Below, piece after piece: positions 19,706-29,118 of a stretch of DNA of 64,000 nucleotides. This DNA is from Terriglobia bacterium (GTDB lineage Bacteria > Acidobacteriota > Terriglobia > 20CM-2-55-15), in assembly GCA_965198225.1 (NCBI GenBank), contig CBDAOY010000008.1:384001-448000 (forward strand), written 5' to 3'. The translations under genes were made by a program, and so were the position numbers. Position 1 is the first letter of the stretch. The number at the start of each line of letters is the position of its first letter. The notes below the pieces were generated by a model that did not search any database, was not told the DNA's origin, and saw nothing but the letters and a program-made list of their open reading frames with translations.

Positions 19706-21940
19706 TCAAAAATTGAACAGGTTCGTGAACTTGAAGATGATTGCCCGATCCAGCAGCTCGTTTGTCTGCGTGTCTCGCCGGTCGTTGTAGACGACGAACA
19801 GGTCGCTCAGCGGATGATGGATCAAGCGGAAGCGGATGTTCGAGCTGAACTGCTTGGCGTCGGTGTTGTACTGCAGGAAGGCGTTGAGGAAAGCTTTCGT
19901 GCTGAAGGAATACTTCACACGGGTTCCGACGAGATTCGTGACGAATGACCCTCCAGCCAGCTCGATGTCATTCCGGTTGTAGTTGACCTCGATGTTGGTT
20001 CGGTGGTTCGGCTTGAGTGCCAGTTCCCCTCCGATGGTCTTTTTGGTTCCGTCCCAGAAATCTCCGATGTTGAACCAGACATTGCCGCCGATTTTCTTGC
20101 TCCGGTCCGAGGTATAGAAGATGTTGATCTCGTTGAACTGGTAGTCGCCGGCCGGTAGCTCGATGTCGGACCGGATCTGGAAGGGTGCGTCCAGCCGTTC
20201 GAACGTCCGCTTGACCTCGAAGTTGAAAAACGCGTTGTTCTGGAAGGAAATGCCTGCGTTGAAGTTCTGACGCCGCGTTTCCATGTCGTTTCCGCTGCTG
20301 CTCTGGAAGTAGTCGACGCGGCTGCCGAAGAAGAAGTTACGGATACCGCGAGAGTTGATCCGGGGCCGCCAGTTGAGGTTGCCCGAGTATTTCTCGACGT
20401 CCCGCCGGGGGATGAAGCCCAGCTCGGGGTTGAAGTTCTCCTGGGCTTCGAAATAGCTGCCGTTCACCGTCAGGTCGTTGCTCAACCACGCGGTCTCGAA
20501 CTGGCGCGCCTGGGCGCGTCCGTCGAGTCCCGGCGTGTCGCTCTGCAATACATAAGATCCGATTTCGAGGTTCTGCAGGAAACGGAAACGGGAGTCGACG
20601 CCGTAGACGTGGTTGTAGTTGCCTGCTTCGGAGCTGTCGCGGCTCGTGACGATCCCGCCGACCCAGGAATTCTGCAAGAGGTTCTTCTTGACGCGTCCGA
20701 CCGTGTAGTTGTTCGACGGGATGTCACCGAACGCCTCGGTCTTCATCGTCAAGGCGCCCACGTCGTAGGTTCCGACCTGGCCGGTCAGCCGGGCTCCGCC
20801 GACGATCGGAACGGGCGTGCCTGAGGCCAGACCGATCCTGCGGCTGAAGAAGGGAATCAGGTCCCCTGGGCCGAAGTGCCCGCCTCCGCCAAACCTGTTG
20901 ATGGGCTGCCCGAAGGAAAAGGTACCCGAGTTCTCCAGGAAGAACTCGCGCTTCTCGGGAAAGAAGAGACTGAACCGCGTGAGGTTGACTTGCTGCTGGT
21001 CGGCCTCGACCTGCGAGAAGTCCGTCCGGTATGTGACGTCGAGCGTCAGCGATTGGGTGACGCTGTACTTGGCGTCGAAACCCCCGTCGAAGTCCGTGTC
21101 CGTGTTGGTTTCCCCTTCCCGACGGATCTGAGTGAAGGCCGTCGTGGCGAACGGCTTGACCTTCAGGTTTCGACCCTGGCGGCCGACCTCGACTCCACGC
21201 AGCGTCCCGGCCATCGAGACGCGGTTGACCCGATACCGTCGGGGCAGGGGAGTCCAGTGACTGTCTTCGGTCTTGCGCCGAACCCGTCGGACCATGTTCA
21301 AACCCCACTCCTGGAATCCGCTGTCGGCAAACCGCAGGGTCTTGAGCGGAATCACGAACTCGGCAATCCACGCTTCCCCGTTCACGCTAACCCTCACATC
21401 CCAGACACCATCCCAGTCCCGGTTATTGCCAAAACCGTCGTTGGCGATCTGGGAATCCCGTTTCGCACCGGCAGGGTTGGTCCCGAAGAAGAACCCGGAG
21501 CGTTCGTCTTTGAGCGTATCGAGGGTGATCCCGAACCCATCCTGGTTTTGCCCGTCGAAATCTTCGTCGAGCTCTGTTACCCGGAGGTTATCGGTGTCGG
21601 AGTCCCAGCAGATCACCCCGATGTAGAGGTTCTGGCTGTCGTATAGGAAGCGCACTTCTGTGGGCTCCGTCGCCGCTTCGCCCGGACTGGGCTCCCACTG
21701 GACGAAGTCCGCGGCTACGGGCGCCTTCCGCCAGGCCGGTTCATCGAGTGCGCCGTCGATCGAAATGGCTCCTTCCACCGGCACGGCCTCTGCGATCCTG
21801 GAGAACCGTATCGTGTTGTAGTCGATTGGAGCGATGATCGGACGCGTCGTCGGATCATCATCGTCGTCGGCTAGAAGCTGCGCCCAGGCTGCGGGCGAAG
21901 CCAGGAATAGACAGGTAATTAGTAGTAGCGTGCTGCGCAT
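19706..21940 (-). CDS. CBM9-like domain + DUF5916 outer-membrane protein
   Basis: Signal peptide, IDGALDEPAW, WDGVW, W.AEFVIP..TLRF, TDFSQVEAD..QVNLTRFSLFFPEKREFFLE; C-terminal Phe. Confidence 0.85.
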   Translation of the reverse strand: MRSTLLLITCLFLASPAAWAQLLADDDDDPTTRPIIAPIDYNTIRFSRIAEAVPVEGAISIDGALDEPAWRKAPVAADFVQWEPSPGEAATEPTEVRFLYDSQNLYIGVICWDSDTDNLRVTELDEDFDGQNQDGFGITLDTLKDERSGFFFGTNPAGAKRDSQIANDGFGNNRDWDGVWDVRVSVNGEAWIAEFVIPLKTLRFADSGFQEWGLNMVRRVRRKTEDSHWTPLPRRYRVNRVSMAGTLRGVEVGRQGRNLKVKPFATTAFTQIRREGETNTDTDFDGGFDAKYSVTQSLTLDVTYRTDFSQVEADQQQVNLTRFSLFFPEKREFFLENSGTFSFGQPINRFGGGGHFGPGDLIPFFSRRIGLASGTPVPIVGGARLTGQVGTYDVGALTMKTEAFGDIPSNNYTVGRVKKNLLQNSWVGGIVTSRDSSEAGNYNHVYGVDSRFRFLQNLEIGSYVLQSDTPGLDGRAQARQFETAWLSNDLTVNGSYFEAQENFNPELGFIPRRDVEKYSGNLNWRPRINSRGIRNFFFGSRVDYFQSSSGNDMETRRQNFNAGISFQNNAFFNFEVKRTFERLDAPFQIRSDIELPAGDYQFNEINIFYTSDRSKKIGGNVWFNIGDFWDGTKKTIGGELALKPNHRTNIEVNYNRNDIELAGGSFVTNLVGTRVKYSFSTKAFLNAFLQYNTDAKQFSSNIRFRLIHHPLSDLFVVYNDRRDTQTNELLDRAIIFKFTNLFNF

Positions 21941-22023
21941 AAAGAAATAATCATATCAAACCGGCACGACCCGCTACCGCCCAAAATAGGGTCGTGGCCT
22001 GGCATTCGGCCTGTGTGGCCGTT

Positions 22024-22052
22024 TTGCCCTCCTTCGCAGCGCTGGTTATAAT
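22024..22052 (+). promoter_or_regulatory. Sigma70 promoter of tRNA-Cys
   Basis: TTGCCC-17-TATAAT. Confidence 0.65.
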
Positions 22053-22070
22053 ATTTGGCCTGCAAGATCA

Positions 22071-22142
22071 GGCGCCGTACCCAAGTGGTAAGGGAGAGGT
22101 CTGCAAAACCTTTATGCATCGGTTCGAATCCGATCGGCGCCT
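22071..22142 (+). tRNA. tRNA-Cys (GCA)
   Basis: ggcgccg acceptor stem, anticodon loop ctGCAaa, ggttcgaatcc. Confidence 0.95.
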
Positions 22143-22453
22143 CTAGAAAAGAGAGGGCTTACGAAGCCCGGCGTTTTTGACGGGCTTTTTTAATGCAGTG
22201 AAGGGTTGTCTGGCAACGGTCAGATGATCAAAAAAATGCCCCCGTTTCGTCCGGAGACGAGGGCCGGGAACGGAGGCAGGAAGAACGGAAAACGTATGTT
22301 CATCACACCACGGAGTCATTCTACCGCTCCTGGAGAGTCGGGTGGAATCCGCTGAATGGACCAATTTCTAGCGCAAATGCTCTATTTTGTTGAAGCTTTG
22401 GGGGCACATGCCCGGTTGGGTTTCTGTAAGGTGCGGGCCGGGTGTGGTTCGAC

Positions 22454-22945
22454 CTATGGTCGAGAAACAGGTTGGATCCAATCCTCGGAGACCCATCCCA
22501 CTTTGCCCCGATGCGCGCCGGATTGGATCCGCACGCGAACGAACGTCACCCGGATGTCGATGACTCGGACCCGGGTTGCGTTTTCGACCTTGAAGGCCTT
22601 TCCGGCCCCCAAGAGGGTGTCGTAGGCGACCTTGGCAGATTTCAGTTCCAGAAGGGTTTTGGGAAACTCCTCATCGGACACGACGTAGATGGGCCCGCGA
22701 CTGCGAAGTTCAGCCGGGTTGCCTCTGGCGAGACGCTCTACCGGGGAATCGGAAAAAACGGCAAACATCACGAGGCCCACGATGATGAGCGTTGGAACCG
22801 CAATGATCACGGCACAACCGAACGGAGTGACACCGAAGACTCTGTCAGTGGATGTTGGATGGGCAGGGTGGTGGCCCGACTCGTCGTGGGAGTGATGTTC
22901 GTCGACCATGATTGCCGGGACCGCTCCGGTCGCGTGCGGTCCCAT
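22454..22945 (-). CDS. Hypothetical single-pass membrane protein with SH3-like C-terminus
   Basis: TM segment GCAVIIAVPTLIIVGLVMFAVF; C-terminal VRVRI.SG...GKVGWV. Confidence 0.55.
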   Translation of the reverse strand: MGPHATGAVPAIMVDEHHSHDESGHHPAHPTSTDRVFGVTPFGCAVIIAVPTLIIVGLVMFAVFSDSPVERLARGNPAELRSRGPIYVVSDEEFPKTLLELKSAKVAYDTLLGAGKAFKVENATRVRVIDIRVTFVRVRIQSGAHRGKVGWVSEDWIQPVSRP

Positions 22946-23005
22946 ACAATCATGTGCCGTATTGGAATCGATGGGCCTTATCGACCACCGCGGCAGGGTG
23001 CTTCG

Positions 23006-23488
23006 CTACTCGGGTAGCGGATCATTGCTGCTGAACATGTTGTGGGCGAGTTTCCAGGTGCCATCCATTTGTCTTCGCACGACGTTCAGGTATTTTCCGT
23101 TCAGGACAACGGGGTCGCCCTCTTCCGGGATGATAGTCAGAACGTAGTTGCCTCGTGCCACGGCGATGTCACCGCTCAGGATCACGTCTTCCTGGGTAAT
23201 CGAGATCTCGGGCGTGCCTTGTGAGAATGTGTTCTCCATCGCGAGGCGCACACCATCGATTCCGACGGTCGACGGTGCGTTCGGGGGCATTCGAACGGCC
23301 TGCTCGTCGTAGAAGGCGACGATGCCGTCGACGTCAGCGGCGTTGAAAGCGGCCTCATAAGGTTCGATCATTCCTTCGATCATCGCGCGATCTTCGGCTG
23401 TCGTGTCCGCTGGTTCCTCGGGTGCCGGTGGAGGCGCGCAGGAAACCGCGAGCAGACACAGGAAGGCGACGGCAACTGGAAACTTCAT
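23006..23488 (-). CDS. NTF2-like (SnoaL/DUF4440) lipoprotein
   Basis: Lipobox LAVSC; AFNAADVDGIVAFY, PPNAP, GKYL.V.RRQ.DGTWK; GGAG RBS. Confidence 0.85.
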   Translation of the reverse strand: MKFPVAVAFLCLLAVSCAPPPAPEEPADTTAEDRAMIEGMIEPYEAAFNAADVDGIVAFYDEQAVRMPPNAPSTVGIDGVRLAMENTFSQGTPEISITQEDVILSGDIAVARGNYVLTIIPEEGDPVVLNGKYLNVVRRQMDGTWKLAHNMFSSNDPLPE

Positions 23489-23535
23489 GGTTTCTCCTTT
23501 ACCCCATTCACGGGGCGTCAGTTCATGGATGGCCG

Positions 23536-23853
23536 CTACAGTAGGACGGCGACCCCAATCGCCACCAACACTCCACCGGCCAGGACCAGGTTCCAGACGC
23601 GCTGCCGCTTCTGGATCTGAACAAGCGCCTCGTCCTGCGCATTGAGCATCTGGACCAGCATCTCCATGTTCCGGTCGACCACCCTCATGCGCTCTTCGAG
23701 AAAGGCCCGAACCTGGTCGATGTTCTGCATCTGCTTCAGATCCTGCTGGCGAGTCTTGAAAGCGCTTTCTTTCAGGTCGTTGATGATGTCCTGCCCGACT
23801 TCGGTCGAAGCGGCTTCCTGCATCAGACCGAGTGCCAATCTAAGCCAGCTCAT
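23536..23853 (-). CDS. Hypothetical coiled-coil protein with C-terminal membrane anchor
   Basis: MSWLRLALGLMQEAASTEVGQ...; hydrophobic C-terminus; start overlaps the upstream gene. Confidence 0.6.
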   Translation of the reverse strand: MSWLRLALGLMQEAASTEVGQDIINDLKESAFKTRQQDLKQMQNIDQVRAFLEERMRVVDRNMEMLVQMLNAQDEALVQIQKRQRVWNLVLAGGVLVAIGVAVLL

Positions 23854-24526
23854 CGTCGTAAAACTCCAATGGATCGAGGCGGTATTGAGCCCATTCCCAT
23901 GGCTCCGCTGAGGCTTCGAAATAGTCCACGATATCGTCGCCCGCGATATCCAGGGCGGTAGGTATGCTCTGCAGCGCGGCACTCACGAGGGCGCGATCCT
24001 CGGGCCTGCGGAAATGTGCGAGCAGGTTCAACACGTGGCCTCGGAGCGTTCCGGCGGCCTGTGGTTCCGCCAACCGCTCGCGGAATGACTGCAGGATCGT
24101 GTCGCGCTGCGAGGGGTCGAGGACGGCGATCCCTTCCATCCCCGAGGCGGCGACGGAACGGACGGCCGGTTCCAGGCGGCTGTCCTCGAGGATCGAAAGC
24201 AGCGCTGGGGTGGCTTCGGATCCGATTCGGGCGAAGGCGAGCGGCAGTTCCTCGAGCACGTCCTCGTGGCGGGTGCCGTATGCCAGGAAGATCGCATCGC
24301 TCATCCCATCGACAGCCACCGGGGATTTCATCGCTCCCAACAGTTTCACGGCGTGAAACACCGCTATACGGCCCGCCTCTTCGGTGTGCCACAGGCGGAC
24401 GTTGCGGATCAACCTGACGAGGTGTTCGGCCATGGAGGCACCTTGGCCCAGAATCTCGGCGATCGTCTGTTGTGAGAGGCGGGTTTCTCCCCTGAGAAGC
24501 TGCGCCAGTAGTTCTCGGTCTTCCAT
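23840..24526 (-). CDS. HEAT-repeat / DUF1186-like protein
   Basis: HAVKLLG, EELPLAFARIG..A.PAL..IL, RSVAA helical repeats. Confidence 0.6.
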   Translation of the reverse strand: MEDRELLAQLLRGETRLSQQTIAEILGQGASMAEHLVRLIRNVRLWHTEEAGRIAVFHAVKLLGAMKSPVAVDGMSDAIFLAYGTRHEDVLEELPLAFARIGSEATPALLSILEDSRLEPAVRSVAASGMEGIAVLDPSQRDTILQSFRERLAEPQAAGTLRGHVLNLLAHFRRPEDRALVSAALQSIPTALDIAGDDIVDYFEASAEPWEWAQYRLDPLEFYDDELA

Positions 24527-24566
24527 CGTGCCTAACTATACCAAGCCATCGGGCCTTCGGTCGGAA

Positions 24567-25295
24567 TCACGCTACACCAACGGGTTCGGCCAGCCAGACT
24601 TCCGTCGTGTACTGCATGTCGAGCACCGGTTGATCCTCCATGATCCGCCCGAGCTCTTTCTCGAATTCCAGAAACCGAACCTCACCGATGCTCCTGATGT
24701 AGGAAGTACTCCGTGCCAGCCCCTTCCAGTCTTCGACGCTCATCGGTTGCGTGTGACTGTAGGGCTGATGACCGACTTGCTTGAAGATGCCGTCTTCTTC
24801 GAGAACGCGTGTCCAATCCTTGTTCCGGTAGGCGCAATCGTGCACCGGATTAAATCGCTTGATCAGCCGTTCGTATGCCTGCTGATGGGGTGGTTCCGTA
24901 TCGCGGGTGTTCCAGGCGAGCGCGAGGTGTCCCGACGTCTTGAGGATGCGCCGGAATTCTCTCAAAGTTTCTGCAGTCGCGAACCAGTGGAACGACTGGG
25001 GACACAGTACCAGGTCTGCGACCGAGGCATCGAGGGGGAGGGCTTGGGCAAATGCGATGACCCGGTCGGGCTGGGGCGCCCGGCGCAGCATGTTCTCTGC
25101 GGCGTCGATCGCGATTACTCGAACACCCCGTTCGAGGAACACCCTCGATCCCTTGCCCGTGCCCGCGCCGACGTCAACGATCAGCGACGAGGGCACGAGT
25201 GCGCATCGTTCCGCGACAAAATCGTACAATTCCGGGGGATAGCCTGGACGATAGGCGTCGTAATCGTCGGCGCAGTACTCGAAGGGAAGCTTCAT
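24567..25295 (-). CDS. Class I SAM-dependent methyltransferase
   Basis: Y..YRPGYP, VDVGAGTGK, QSFHWF, RILK..G.LALAWN. Confidence 0.9.
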   Translation of the reverse strand: MKLPFEYCADDYDAYRPGYPPELYDFVAERCALVPSSLIVDVGAGTGKGSRVFLERGVRVIAIDAAENMLRRAPQPDRVIAFAQALPLDASVADLVLCPQSFHWFATAETLREFRRILKTSGHLALAWNTRDTEPPHQQAYERLIKRFNPVHDCAYRNKDWTRVLEEDGIFKQVGHQPYSHTQPMSVEDWKGLARSTSYIRSIGEVRFLEFEKELGRIMEDQPVLDMQYTTEVWLAEPVGVA

Positions 25296-25318
25296 CTCGC
25301 GGCGATCAGCAGTGGCTC

Positions 25319-25966
25319 ATGGAAGACAAGGACATCGCTCGGATTCTCCGAATCCTCCGGAAAAGGGTCCGTGATTGGCCTGTCCCGGCGATAGGGCACT
25401 ACACGCGTACACCGTATACCGTGCTGGTTTCCTGCATTCTCAGTCTGAGAACTAAGGATCGGACGACGACCGGGGCCAGTGAGAGGCTGTTCGAGATTGC
25501 CGACAACCCGCGGGCGATGCTCGAGGTTCCGATCCGGGAGATCGAGAAGCGGATCTATCCGGTCTCGTTCTACCGAGTTAAAGCCCGGACCCTGCATGAC
25601 ATTTCGGCCCGGCTCATCGATCGGTTCGACGAAAAAGTGCCCGATAACCTGGACGATCTTCTCACACTTCCCGGAGTCGGCCGCAAGACCGCGAACATCG
25701 TCGTTACCCTCGCGTTCCGAAAGCACGGCGTCGCGGTCGACATCCACGTCCACCGGATCTCGAACCGACTCGGGTACGTGCGGACAAAGAACCCCGACGA
25801 AACCGAGATGGCGCTTCGCGAGAAGCTACCGCGGAGGTACTGGATCGAGATCAACGATCTGTTTGTTGCATTCGGCCAGAATCTCTGCAAGCCGACCAGC
25901 CCGCACTGTTCGATATGTCCAGTAGAGAAGTACTGCGAACGTGTCGGTGTCACCCGAAGTCGCTGA
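25319..25966 (+). CDS. nth: Endonuclease III (HhH-GPD with 4Fe-4S cluster)
   Basis: LLTLPGVGRKTAN, VDIHVHRISNRLG, C-x6-C-x2-C-x5-C. Confidence 0.93.
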   Translation: MEDKDIARILRILRKRVRDWPVPAIGHYTRTPYTVLVSCILSLRTKDRTTTGASERLFEIADNPRAMLEVPIREIEKRIYPVSFYRVKARTLHDISARLIDRFDEKVPDNLDDLLTLPGVGRKTANIVVTLAFRKHGVAVDIHVHRISNRLGYVRTKNPDETEMALREKLPRRYWIEINDLFVAFGQNLCKPTSPHCSICPVEKYCERVGVTRSR

Positions 25967-25984
25967 TCGACTCGGCGCGAGGCC

Positions 25985-26356
25985 TCAGTTCCGGGCTCGC
26001 ACGAGCTGCGCCATTCGCTCGAGCATGCCCAGAGGCAGTTGGGTGTATTCCGAGGCGGACACCAGGTCCGAGGGCTGGCAAATCTCGAGCGGGTCGTCGA
26101 GAACGTGGCGGCACGCGTTGCACCCGTCCGTGGCGTACACGATTCTGTTTTCGATCGAGTAGGCGATCAGCCGGGTAGAGGCGCTGTCGCGAAGGGGATG
26201 TCCGTCTTCTTCATACCCCGTTGGTTCGGCGAGCCACAGTTCCGGTTCACTCCTGCGCTCCGCGGCGACCATCTGGAGCAGCGACTGAACATCGAAGTCG
26301 ACGAGCCTGCGCGCCTCGTCGTGAAGCTCCTGTTCCGTAGTGTAATGGACTTTCAT
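25985..26356 (-). CDS. Hypothetical protein with DGCNACRH motif
   Basis: 123-aa ORF between nth and a REP array, with normal composition. Confidence 0.6.
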   Translation of the reverse strand: MKVHYTTEQELHDEARRLVDFDVQSLLQMVAAERRSEPELWLAEPTGYEEDGHPLRDSASTRLIAYSIENRIVYATDGCNACRHVLDDPLEICQPSDLVSASEYTQLPLGMLERMAQLVRARN

Positions 26357-26401
26357 TCGTCAAACAGTTCCCTCGGCAACCGGCGCTTACTCCACACTGG
26401 T

Positions 26402-26543
26402 GTAGGTGCGGTCTATGACCGCACGTTTTCTCTTGAACAATGATTTCGTGCGCTCATAGGGCGCACCGATACGAATGATTTCGTGCGCTCATAGAGCGCA
26501 CCTACACGAATGATTTTGTGCGCTCATAGAGCGCACCTACACG
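26402..26543. repeat. REP/BIME-like array: one type-A REP plus three tandem 35-bp type-B units
   Basis: aatgatttcgtgcgctcatagagcgcacctacacg x3 (minor variants), no spacers. Confidence 0.88.
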
Positions 26544-26592
26544 TCCCAGGCTGTTTACCATTCAGAAACCTCCGCCTCGCCGGCTTCTCCCT

Positions 26593-28881
26593 TCATTTTT
26601 CCAACTCTCCGGCCACGATATTGAGCGAACCCAGCGCAGCGATCGCGTCGGAAATGTAGCCGTTCCGGATCATTTCGTTGAACGCCTGGAAGATGTAGAA
26701 ACAGCTGCCGCGACACCGTAGCCTGTAAGGCGTCTTGCCGCCATCGCTGACCAGGTAGAAGCCCAACTCGCCGTTGGCCGCTTCCCAGTAGGAGTACACT
26801 TCGCCCATCGGAGGGCGAATGCCGTCCTGAATCAACTCGAAATGATTCATCAGGTCTTCGATGTTGGTATACACACCTTCCTTGGGCGGCAGGCTGATGC
26901 GGCGGTCGTCGATTTGAACGGGACCCTCTGGCAGATTGTCCAGAGCCTGTTCGATGATCTTGAGGCTCTGACGGATCTCCTCGATGCGTACCAGGTAACG
27001 ATCGTAGATGTCGCCTCGGTCGCCAACCGGAATCTCAAAATCAAACTGATCGTAGTCGTAGTTCGGGAACCATTTCCGGATGTCGTAAGGCACCCCGGCG
27101 GCCCGGAGCGCCGGTCCCGTGAATCCCCAGTCGATCGCGTCATCGGCCGAGATCGGTGTGACACCCTGGGTTCGCGCCTTGAACAGCGCGCTGTGCCGGT
27201 TCATCCGCTCGATATCGTCGACGTACTTCGGTATCGACCGCAGAACATCCCGAGCCCGCGTAACGAAGTCCGTGGGCAAATCCGCCGACACGCCGCCGAT
27301 ACGCACGTAGCTGACCGTCAAACGTCCGCCGCAGCAGGACTCGATCAAGTCGTAGATCTCCTCGCGGGGCCTGAACGCGTACCAGAAATTCGTAATCGCC
27401 CCGAGGTCGACCAGGTTGGTGCCGATGCAGACCAGGTGATCGGCGATCCGGCTGAACTCCGAGAGGATGACGCGGATGTACTGCGCCCTTTTCGGAATCT
27501 CGACGCCGAACATCTTCTCGACCGCCATCGCGTAGGTGACGCCGTTCATCATCGCGGACATGTAGTTGAGTCGATCGGTGAATGGGATGACCTGCCAGTA
27601 GGTATGGGTTTCCGACATCTTCTCGAAGCACCGGTGAAGAAAACCGATCTCGGTGTCGGAATCGATGATGCGCTCACCGTCCGTGGCGACTTGCAGCCGG
27701 AAGGTGCCGTGCATGGCCGGGTGCTGTGGACCGAGGTTGAGGATCATCGGTTCCGGACGACCGTTTGCCTCTGCATGCCTCCGGGCGCGCTCGACCACCG
27801 GCAGGTCGATCGTTTCGGAACAGAGAGTCCGCTTGCCCGGCGGGAAGTCCCGACGAAGCGGATGTCCCTCGAACTGGGAATGCGTCAGAATCCGCCGTAG
27901 GTCCGGGTGGCCTTCGAATTCGATGCCGAACATGTCATAGGCTTCCCGTTCCGCCCAGTCAGCCGCCTTCCAGACGTCGACCGCCGTAGCGATCTTCGGA
28001 TCATCGCCCCCTACAGGTACCTTGAGGCGCAGTCGGTGCTTCGTCGAGAGCGACAGCATGTGATAGACGACGTCGTAGCGCCGCTCCCGCTGATCGAGGT
28101 GGTCGAGGGCTGTGACATCGAGCAGCATCTTGAAGTCGAATGCCGGGTCGTCCTTGAGCGTGCGGAGCACCTTCTTGATGTTGTCGGGCCGGACAGAAAT
28201 CGACAGGTCGCCGCGGAACTCCCGCATTCCGATCAATTCATCCGGATGCTTTTCCCGGAATGCATTCGCGATCGGGGAGTCCAGTTCCTGCTTGTCCTCC
28301 AGAAAGCGGACCAGCGACCGCGAGGGTGGATTCAAACCGTGAACCGTGGCGTCGATCTCCGGAAGCTTGAGTGTCTGCTGTCGGGGGTGTCGCTCATAAG
28401 ACTTGCGCGTGTCGGTTTCGATCTGTTTCTGAAGCTTGATAATCGCGTCGAAGACGGCCTCCGGGACGGGCGGGCAGCCAGGTATGTAGACGTCGACCGG
28501 AATGATCTCGTCGATCCCCTGCATGACATGGTAGGCGCGGTAGAAACCGCCGCAGGTCGCGCACGCGCCCATCGAGATCACCCATTTGGGTTCGGCCATC
28601 TGGTCGTAAATCTTTTTCAGTACGGGTCCCATTTTGTCGTTGATGGTCCCCAGTACCATCAAGACATCAGCCTGGCGGGGCGAGAAGCGAACGACCTCGG
28701 CGCCGAAGCGCGCGACGTCGTAGTGGGCGCCGGCGACGGCCATGAACTCGATGGCGCAGCAGGCGGTACCGAACGGGTAGGGCCAGAGAGAACTCTTCCG
28801 GGCCCAGTTGGACAGGGCGCCGACAGTAGTCGTCAGGAAGTTGCCGTGCTCGGTCTCCCCTGCGTCTTTGAGCTCACGCAT
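26593..28881 (-). CDS. nuoBCD: NADH-quinone oxidoreductase subunits B/C/D triple fusion
   Basis: Nuo[19 protein letters not shown]; Nuo[16 protein letters not shown]; Nuo[26 protein letters not shown]. Confidence 0.92.
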   Translation of the reverse strand: MRELKDAGETEHGNFLTTTVGALSNWARKSSLWPYPFGTACCAIEFMAVAGAHYDVARFGAEVVRFSPRQADVLMVLGTINDKMGPVLKKIYDQMAEPKWVISMGACATCGGFYRAYHVMQGIDEIIPVDVYIPGCPPVPEAVFDAIIKLQKQIETDTRKSYERHPRQQTLKLPEIDATVHGLNPPSRSLVRFLEDKQELDSPIANAFREKHPDELIGMREFRGDLSISVRPDNIKKVLRTLKDDPAFDFKMLLDVTALDHLDQRERRYDVVYHMLSLSTKHRLRLKVPVGGDDPKIATAVDVWKAADWAEREAYDMFGIEFEGHPDLRRILTHSQFEGHPLRRDFPPGKRTLCSETIDLPVVERARRHAEANGRPEPMILNLGPQHPAMHGTFRLQVATDGERIIDSDTEIGFLHRCFEKMSETHTYWQVIPFTDRLNYMSAMMNGVTYAMAVEKMFGVEIPKRAQYIRVILSEFSRIADHLVCIGTNLVDLGAITNFWYAFRPREEIYDLIESCCGGRLTVSYVRIGGVSADLPTDFVTRARDVLRSIPKYVDDIERMNRHSALFKARTQGVTPISADDAIDWGFTGPALRAAGVPYDIRKWFPNYDYDQFDFEIPVGDRGDIYDRYLVRIEEIRQSLKIIEQALDNLPEGPVQIDDRRISLPPKEGVYTNIEDLMNHFELIQDGIRPPMGEVYSYWEAANGELGFYLVSDGGKTPYRLRCRGSCFYIFQAFNEMIRNGYISDAIAALGSLNIVAGELEK

Positions 28882-28925
28882 AAGCGGACGATTCTAGCAT
28901 AGAGCGACCGCTTCTCCACCTAGGT

Positions 28926-28948
28926 GTAGGTGCGGTCTATGACCGCAC
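28926..28948. repeat. Single type-A GTAG REP
   Basis: GTAGGTGCGGTCTATGACCGCAC. Confidence 0.85.
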
Positions 28949-29015
28949 AAATGACCAGGAATCAAAGAGATGGGCTGATCGGCGACTGTCGACTCGCGGG
29001 CATTTCTGCTTAGCC

Positions 29016-29069
29016 AACACCCGGGGACAGGGCCAGGCCCCTGTCCCCCTCACAGTGGCTCTCTCGCGG
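29016..29069. repeat. Palindromic repeat family 2, copy 2
   Basis: Near-identical to 10658-10710. Confidence 0.75.
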
Positions 29070-29118
29070 ATCGTTTCGCTAGCAACAACGGCCTACGGAC
29101 AACGGCCTACTTCTTCTA

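Noticed and set aside
26402-26543. Possible CRISPR array
   Set aside because: Units are contiguous with no unique spacers, match the dispersed REP family, and no cas genes are in the window
26593-28881. Group 4 NiFe-hydrogenase
   Set aside because: The large-subunit part lacks both Ni-binding CxxC motifs and has the NuoD GPQHP..HG signature
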